The position numbers were made by a program, and so were the translations under genes. Of a DNA stretch of 64,000 bases, positions 58,554-64,000 are shown piece after piece. The stretch's first letter is position 1. Each line of letters starts with the position of its first letter. The notes below the pieces were generated by a model, which was not told where the DNA came from, searched no databases, and was given only the letters and a program-made list of their open reading frames with translations. The stretch lies in the IMG/VR virus record IMGVR_UViG_3300042564_001469, positions 4,618-68,617 of that record. The stretch is one strand, 5' to 3'. The DNA is from a virus (lineage: Duplodnaviria > Caudoviricetes).

Positions 58554-59825
58554 TTATAGTCCTAGTTGTGATAAAATATCATCATCTTCGTCCTCTTCTT
58601 TGTTTTCGTCATCCTCTTCTAATTCTTTAACAATCTCATTAACCATTCTTTGTATTTTTTCTCTACCTGCTGGTTTTTCTTCTAATACTTCTCTGAACAA
58701 TTCAAAAAAATCATCTGCCGGCATAGCACTAATTCGCATAAATAAGTAATGTTGAATGTATTTCATATCTTCCTCACTTAATATCTCTATTGGATATGAT
58801 TTTTGTAACAATTCCCAAAATACTGGTCCTAATTTTAAATCCCACGCTTCTGCTGGTACCGTATCTTGTGACCCCATAATCATTTCTGCTTGTCTTGGGT
58901 CGTCTGGTAAACCGTGTGTACCAAAAACCTCGTAAACACCCTTGATTAATTCGTGTACTAATGTTGGAAAATTTATACCTCTAGCAATAACGGTTGGGGG
59001 ATCTGTTTCATTATTAATTTCAGATGTCCCTGCTTCACTACCACCACGACCAGACATTGCTTCAATGGTTTCTTCTGGATATAACCAATATAAGTGATCA
59101 ATTATCGCCGTTGTGATTGTGTACAATTCAATTAAGTCTGGGTGAATTTCATTTAATTTTTCAGAAACTAAATGATACATATATTGACCCTTTTTTGCTG
59201 CACCACCAATTAACGAGTTAATCAAACGACGTTTTGCTTTTTCTTTATCAAAAGTATCCATAGCATCAAGAAATGCTTCAATATCATTTTCGTGATTTGC
59301 AGCATCTTTAAACAAATCTGTCATTTCCTCTCTTGATGGTTCTTCACTTTGTCTTCTCATATTTTGAGTAGACTCACTCTCACCTAAACCAACAATTTTA
59401 GCATCAAATTGTAACGCACCTTTAGGTATTGACAGTTCTTTAGTAACTAAAGCGACCGCTAATTTCTCAAGTGTTTGTTTATTATCACGTTCAATACGCA
59501 TACTTTGACTTAATGCTGATTGAACCAACATTAATAAGTTGGTTAACGGATTACCAGTCGTTAATGATGCTGTTGATCCAACAGATGTTGTTAAAGCAGA
59601 TCTTAATTTTGTAATAGTATCTTTAAATCGTTTAGATGAAACTAACTCAATAAAGTCTCTACTCATCTTCGGCATCGCAGGATGGTTAGAATATGGTGTC
59701 TCTTTACCTAAAATTTTTCTTTCAATACTTGGATCCATTCTTTCAGGACCATCGTAATCAATTGGTGCTTCGTTAATAATTTTATTAACAATTTTGTCTA
59801 TTTCTCTTTCCGTTAAATTTCCCAT
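58554..59825 (-). CDS. hypothetical protein
   Basis: 423-aa ORF with FPTLVHELIKG..E motif. Confidence 0.7.
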   Translation of the reverse strand: MGNLTEREIDKIVNKIINEAPIDYDGPERMDPSIERKILGKETPYSNHPAMPKMSRDFIELVSSKRFKDTITKLRSALTTSVGSTASLTTGNPLTNLLMLVQSALSQSMRIERDNKQTLEKLAVALVTKELSIPKGALQFDAKIVGLGESESTQNMRRQSEEPSREEMTDLFKDAANHENDIEAFLDAMDTFDKEKAKRRLINSLIGGAAKKGQYMYHLVSEKLNEIHPDLIELYTITTAIIDHLYWLYPEETIEAMSGRGGSEAGTSEINNETDPPTVIARGINFPTLVHELIKGVYEVFGTHGLPDDPRQAEMIMGSQDTVPAEAWDLKLGPVFWELLQKSYPIEILSEEDMKYIQHYLFMRISAMPADDFFELFREVLEEKPAGREKIQRMVNEIVKELEEDDENKEEDEDDDILSQLGL

Positions 59826-59835
59826 TTTATTTTAT

Positions 59836-60774
59836 TTATTTTAAGTTAACACCAAGTTTATCCCATGTCAAAAAGTTTGGTAAAGAACCTTTTCCTGCTT
59901 TTGGCGCTGGATTATGTTTTGGTTGGAAAGGATTTTTCCTATCTTTACCTTTATCTTTTTCTTTTGTATCAGTATCTGTATCTGGTTTCGTTGGTGCTGT
60001 TGTTTGTTCTTTAAACTCTCTTTTAGCCTTTGGTGCTGGTTTGTGTTTTGGTTGGAAAGGGTTTTTTCTATCTTTACCTTTATCTTTCTCTTTTGTATCA
60101 GTATCTGGTTTCGTTGGTGCTACTTCCGTGTTATTACCCATAGATTTTTTCATAGTTTTCATTTCTTTACCTTCGTCTTTTGAAAACATAGTATTTTTTT
60201 TTGGGTTTGACAACATAACACCATCAGTATCTTTTGTTTTTTCATTAATTGTTTTTAAAATATCACCCTTAGTCATAGAAGGGTTAATATGTTTCTCCAA
60301 CATCTCAACAATAGAATCCTCTAAATATTTTTCGTAATCTTCATTTTTTTCTGAGTGTTTTTTTTCTGGCATTTTCTCGTACTGTTTTTTTGTTGTACTA
60401 TCAGAAAATTCTTTAGCCATTTTACACCACTTTTCTTTTGTTTTACCAGAACTATTTTTACATTTAGCCCAGAACAACCCTTGTTGTGCTTTTGATTCAA
60501 ATTTTTCAGAAAGTTCAGTTTCCTGCATTGGTGTTGCCGTTGTTTTACCACCTGTTGTGTCAATTTCAACACCATTAACCATTGTTTTTGAATTTGGTTT
60601 AACAACATATTTAGTTGTTGTTGTTGTTTGTGGTGTTGTGTTTTGTGGTGCTGTTTGTTCACTAACAACAAATCTATTCACCAAAACTTTAATCTGGGTC
60701 TCATTCATTTTTGAAATAGTGTTAGCACGAATTCCGTTTTCTAATAACACTTTAATCTGATCTTTAGTTTTCAT
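59836..60774 (-). CDS. hypothetical protein with internal duplication
   Basis: APTKPDTD(TD)TKEKDKGKDRKNPFQPKHxPAPKA occurs twice. Confidence 0.7.
   Translation of the reverse strand: MKTKDQIKVLLENGIRANTISKMNETQIKVLVNRFVVSEQTAPQNTTPQTTTTTKYVVKPNSKTMVNGVEIDTTGGKTTATPMQETELSEKFESKAQQGLFWAKCKNSSGKTKEKWCKMAKEFSDSTTKKQYEKMPEKKHSEKNEDYEKYLEDSIVEMLEKHINPSMTKGDILKTINEKTKDTDGVMLSNPKKNTMFSKDEGKEMKTMKKSMGNNTEVAPTKPDTDTKEKDKGKDRKNPFQPKHKPAPKAKREFKEQTTAPTKPDTDTDTKEKDKGKDRKNPFQPKHNPAPKAGKGSLPNFLTWDKLGVNLK
59899..60120 (-). repeat. about 95-bp in-frame direct repeat pair
   Basis: About 59899-59998 and 60028-60120, near-identical. Confidence 0.8.
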
Positions 60775-61171
60775 ATATTGTTTTTTTTTCAAATTCTAAA
60801 ATTATGTCTCTAGCATACAATTTATCTTTAACGTTTTGTTCGGTTTCACCAAAATGGAAAACAAGTCGTTTAATAATTGAGAAATCTGTGTCGTTAGTTT
60901 CTTTCTCCCAACCTAAACTAATAACACCATCCATTGAATCTATAATTGAAAAAATGTCAGATTCTTGGATTAAGTCTAGTTTAATTCTATTGTTTTGTAA
61001 CATACCTACCTTTTTGATATACTCAACATCAGGTGGTAAGGGATAACCATTTGCTGGTTTTGACTCCCAATTTTCACCCCAAGCATCGGTATTATCAGAA
61101 AATATAAATTCATAGATATTATCACCTTTATAATTTGGACCTAAAGCGTTAATATAAATTAAATAATTCAT
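60764..61171 (-). CDS. hypothetical protein
   Basis: Overlap-coupled ORF. Confidence 0.7.
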   Translation of the reverse strand: MNYLIYINALGPNYKGDNIYEFIFSDNTDAWGENWESKPANGYPLPPDVEYIKKVGMLQNNRIKLDLIQESDIFSIIDSMDGVISLGWEKETNDTDFSIIKRLVFHFGETEQNVKDKLYARDIILEFEKKTIYEN

Positions 61172-62454
61172 ATAAATTTACCGTTACTTGTGATATAGAA
61201 TTTTTTATCTTTATTTTTAAATATTAAATTACCAGTTTTTGATTTACCTACGATTTTTGAATTTGGGTAATTCTCAATCAGTTTAAATGCTGCACGTTCT
61301 TGTACAATACTTTCTGACAATTGTTTAACATATTTTTTATTTTTTGCTTGATTTAAAAGTAGTTTTTTTCTAGTTTCTTCTTCTTTAATTAACGTTTCCT
61401 TTTCATCAATTTTAAAGTAGTTAGAAATGATTTGATCCACTTTTGACTCACCGAAAGTTCCGTGTGTTAGATGTTTGTGTCTATTTAACATTGCTCCGTG
61501 TCTTGGGTATTCATCAAAGTCTTCACCAAGTTCAGATGTTGGTTCTGGTGCTATTGGTGGTTCTGGTGTGACATCCATATCGGTATCCATCATTTCATCG
61601 TCCATTGAGAATTCCTCATCCTCACCATAGTTGGACTCTTCAGTTTCATCACCCTCTAATCTATCTATAATTTGGTCAACATCATCATCATCTAAAACAT
61701 CTAGATCTAATGACGATAAAATTGAGTTTATGATATATTTGGTATCATCCGAACTCATCTCGTCTTCTTCAGTATATTTTCTAATTTTTTGAGTTAAACG
61801 ACCTGTTAATTTTTGGATTGTTTTAAAACTAATCTCTTCACCTTTTTTTTCTGAATCATCGTCCATTGGTTCATCATCCATTGGTTCATCAATCATTTCT
61901 TCGTCACCACCCATCATTTCTTCTTCATCACCCATTTCTGGTTGAGGTTCAGTAGGTGTAGGTGCAGGAACTGGTGCTGGTATAGGTTGAGGTATAGGTG
62001 CTGGTGCTGGAGCCGGAACTTGTTCGTCTAGTTCCAAATCAAGACCTTCGTTTGTTTCCTTTTTAGTTGGTAGTTTTAGTGTGTATTTTTTTTTTACATC
62101 ATCACTCTCAAATAATGATATACTAGTTTTATTACCAACCAACGTATTAACCTCTTTGATCATTAAGTTTAAACGTTTTAACGCTTGTGAATATGAATTA
62201 TAATATTTTCTTTCTGTGATAGATCCTAAATATTCTGTTTCACTTTCATTTAATGATTTTTTAATAATATAGCCCAATTTTTCTTTAACAATTGTGTATA
62301 CATTTCCATCAGCAAATGTTACTGAATATTCATCCTTTCCGGTCTCATTCAACCGCTGTGGGATATTTTCGTTGTATCGGGCAATCTCCATAATTCTACG
62401 GATTTTATCCATTCCTTGTAATTTCTCACTTCCAATAGGTTTTAGTCCTCCCAT
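61168..62454 (-). CDS. acidic Pro-rich protein, possibly a head-internal protein
   Basis: PAPAP tract, acidic low complexity, late motif upstream. Confidence 0.65.
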   Translation of the reverse strand: MGGLKPIGSEKLQGMDKIRRIMEIARYNENIPQRLNETGKDEYSVTFADGNVYTIVKEKLGYIIKKSLNESETEYLGSITERKYYNSYSQALKRLNLMIKEVNTLVGNKTSISLFESDDVKKKYTLKLPTKKETNEGLDLELDEQVPAPAPAPIPQPIPAPVPAPTPTEPQPEMGDEEEMMGGDEEMIDEPMDDEPMDDDSEKKGEEISFKTIQKLTGRLTQKIRKYTEEDEMSSDDTKYIINSILSSLDLDVLDDDDVDQIIDRLEGDETEESNYGEDEEFSMDDEMMDTDMDVTPEPPIAPEPTSELGEDFDEYPRHGAMLNRHKHLTHGTFGESKVDQIISNYFKIDEKETLIKEEETRKKLLLNQAKNKKYVKQLSESIVQERAAFKLIENYPNSKIVGKSKTGNLIFKNKDKKFYITSNGKFI

Positions 62455-62529
62455 AATATTTTGTTTTGAATAAATTATTTTTTATTAATAAATATAACAA
62501 TATTCACTATTATTTTATTTTTTAATAAA

Positions 62530-63261
62530 TTATTGGTTCATCGATAATTTCTTATCAAGAATTTTTGTTGTTAGGTCGTGAAGTTTTTCAATGTACCCAT
62601 TTCTTCGTAATATTTTAAATACCAAATTTTCTGTTGAATATTCACCATCACCCTCAAGACCTCTAGTTCTAAATTTCTTTAGTTTATCTTTATATTTTGT
62701 TATTAAATTTTTGATTGTATCAATATCATCATCATCATCTATTGTATCAATAAGTTCATCAATCATTTTCATCCATTGACTGGATTTACTTTTGATTAAT
62801 TCTTTATCTATAACAACATTTTCTTTTTTTGGTATATTTGCCCATTCATCAAATAAAACAGAATAAACACCACTACTAAAATGAGTTTCAGATTCATTTT
62901 GGACATATAACTCAACCTCATAGTTTTTTATTGTGATGTCGTGTTTTTGATTAAATAACATTTTCTTTAAGTTAAAAAGTTTTTCATATAACACAACTTG
63001 ATTTTCTGGATATTGTTGGAAATTAGCAACAATATGTAAATCAAAATCTGAATATTTTGACCAATTATAATTTGAAAGGGATCCTGTTAATATTATGTCA
63101 GTTATAACTAAATCCACATCTAAAAAATCAATAAACACGTATGCGATCTCAAGTAAACGAGTTCGTATCTCAGGTTTCATTTTTGGTTCATTACCCTTTT
63201 CCCAAACCTTTTGATTTAGTTCAGATTGGGGTTCAAAACTCTTTAATAATTCATTATCCAT
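62530..63261 (-). CDS. Pol-beta-superfamily nucleotidyltransferase
   Basis: ILTGSLSNYNWSKYSDFDLH (GS...DxD), VELYVQ. Confidence 0.75.
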   Translation of the reverse strand: MDNELLKSFEPQSELNQKVWEKGNEPKMKPEIRTRLLEIAYVFIDFLDVDLVITDIILTGSLSNYNWSKYSDFDLHIVANFQQYPENQVVLYEKLFNLKKMLFNQKHDITIKNYEVELYVQNESETHFSSGVYSVLFDEWANIPKKENVVIDKELIKSKSSQWMKMIDELIDTIDDDDDIDTIKNLITKYKDKLKKFRTRGLEGDGEYSTENLVFKILRRNGYIEKLHDLTTKILDKKLSMNQ

Positions 63262-63286
63262 TATTAATAAATATAATGAAAACCAA

Positions 63287-63532
63287 TTAACTTACTTTTT
63301 TGTATTTAAAAACCTTCGCGATATTTAAATTGAAAAAATTACCTTGTGATTTTGCCGATCTAAATGATGTGTATAATTGGTGGGGTACGTCATCATATTC
63401 ATATTTTAAACCATTTTTAAATTCTGTGATTAATTTTTTGGTTTCGGTATCATATTCTGTTCTAATAATATTTGAGGATTGTACCTCGTTAATTATTTTT
63501 GTACCTTTAATTTCTTCTTTTGTGATTGCCAT
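63287..63532 (-). CDS. KTSC-domain protein
   Basis: VQSSNI...YD...EFKNG..YEYDDVP...SAKSQGNFFN. Confidence 0.85.
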   Translation of the reverse strand: MAITKEEIKGTKIINEVQSSNIIRTEYDTETKKLITEFKNGLKYEYDDVPHQLYTSFRSAKSQGNFFNLNIAKVFKYKKVS

Positions 63533-63568
63533 AATATTCTTTTTTAAATAAATATAATGTTGTAAAAG

Positions 63569-63596
63569 AAAAAACCACCCTTTTGAGGTGGTTTTT
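63569..63596 (-). terminator. intrinsic terminator
   Basis: aaaaaccacc...ggtggttttt inverted repeat. Confidence 0.75.
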
Positions 63597-63598
63597 GA

Positions 63599-63967
63599 TT
63601 ATTTTAAAGAGTTGATCTTATCTCGTACTTCTATTGCCCTTTCAAAATCTTGGGTTTTAATACAATGATTAAGTTCTTTATTTAGGTCGTTTATTTTTTC
63701 AACATTTTCCTCAAGATTTTTAATCTTATCTCTCAGAACAACAGCGTCCTCAAATTTTTGTTCCTCAACTGCCAAATCTAGTTTTTGTTTTAAACGAGAT
63801 AGTTCATCTGAACCATCTTGTCTATGACCTTTAGTTGTAATGTAAGTAAATGACATACTACCATCTTCAGACACATACGTCTTTTTTTCAAAATTATCGG
63901 GGTTTAATAAAAAACTCTTAGATAAAATTTGATTAAATAATTTTTCAAAATCTTCGTTACCAAACAT
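63599..63967 (-). CDS. protein with two UvrB/UvrC (UVR) motifs
   Basis: LKQKLDLAVEEQKFEDAVVLRDKI and LNKELNHCIKTQDFERAIEVRDKI. Confidence 0.8.
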   Translation of the reverse strand: MFGNEDFEKLFNQILSKSFLLNPDNFEKKTYVSEDGSMSFTYITTKGHRQDGSDELSRLKQKLDLAVEEQKFEDAVVLRDKIKNLEENVEKINDLNKELNHCIKTQDFERAIEVRDKINSLK

Positions 63968-64000
63968 ATTATTTTTTTTTAAGTTTATTTCTGTTTTTTT

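Noticed and set aside
1-64000. Stop-codon reassignment as in some large Bacteroidota phages
   Set aside because: Core genes are full length and densely packed in the standard code
1-64000. tRNA, rRNA, cas, RT or integrase genes
   Set aside because: None recognised by eye; intergenic gaps are mostly short AT-rich promoter or terminator DNA

Overview
AT-rich (about 30% GC by eye), gene-dense, standard-code segment of a large T4-like tailed phage, probably a jumbo phage. The likely host is Bacteroidota, based on TAnnTTTG promoter motifs, no obvious Shine-Dalgarno sites and Bacteroidota-type secreted proteins. It holds the head and packaging module (terminase, portal, prohead protease, scaffold, major capsid), a tail tube gene, a gp5-like baseplate hub, a gp55-like late sigma factor and PhoH. 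It also has two glycan/sulfate modification clusters and several probable fibre/adhesin genes. Main observations: (1) a dUTPase fractured by a split intein, with a free-standing endonuclease between the halves; (2) a sense-strand TATTTAT motif, the reverse complement of the T4 late promoter core, before about 24 genes; (3) three tandem LRR modules with hypervariable concave-face residues and shuffled repeats; (4) a DUF1566-type protein whose 3' end looks like a DGR variable repeat, with no RT or template repeat in the window; (5) strong enrichment of an [S/T]-G-x-T motif in probable virion proteins next to a large glycosylation/sulfation toolkit; (6) a 36-28-36 nt repeat-spacer-repeat at a gene end. 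All family calls come from motif recognition by eye; no searches were run.
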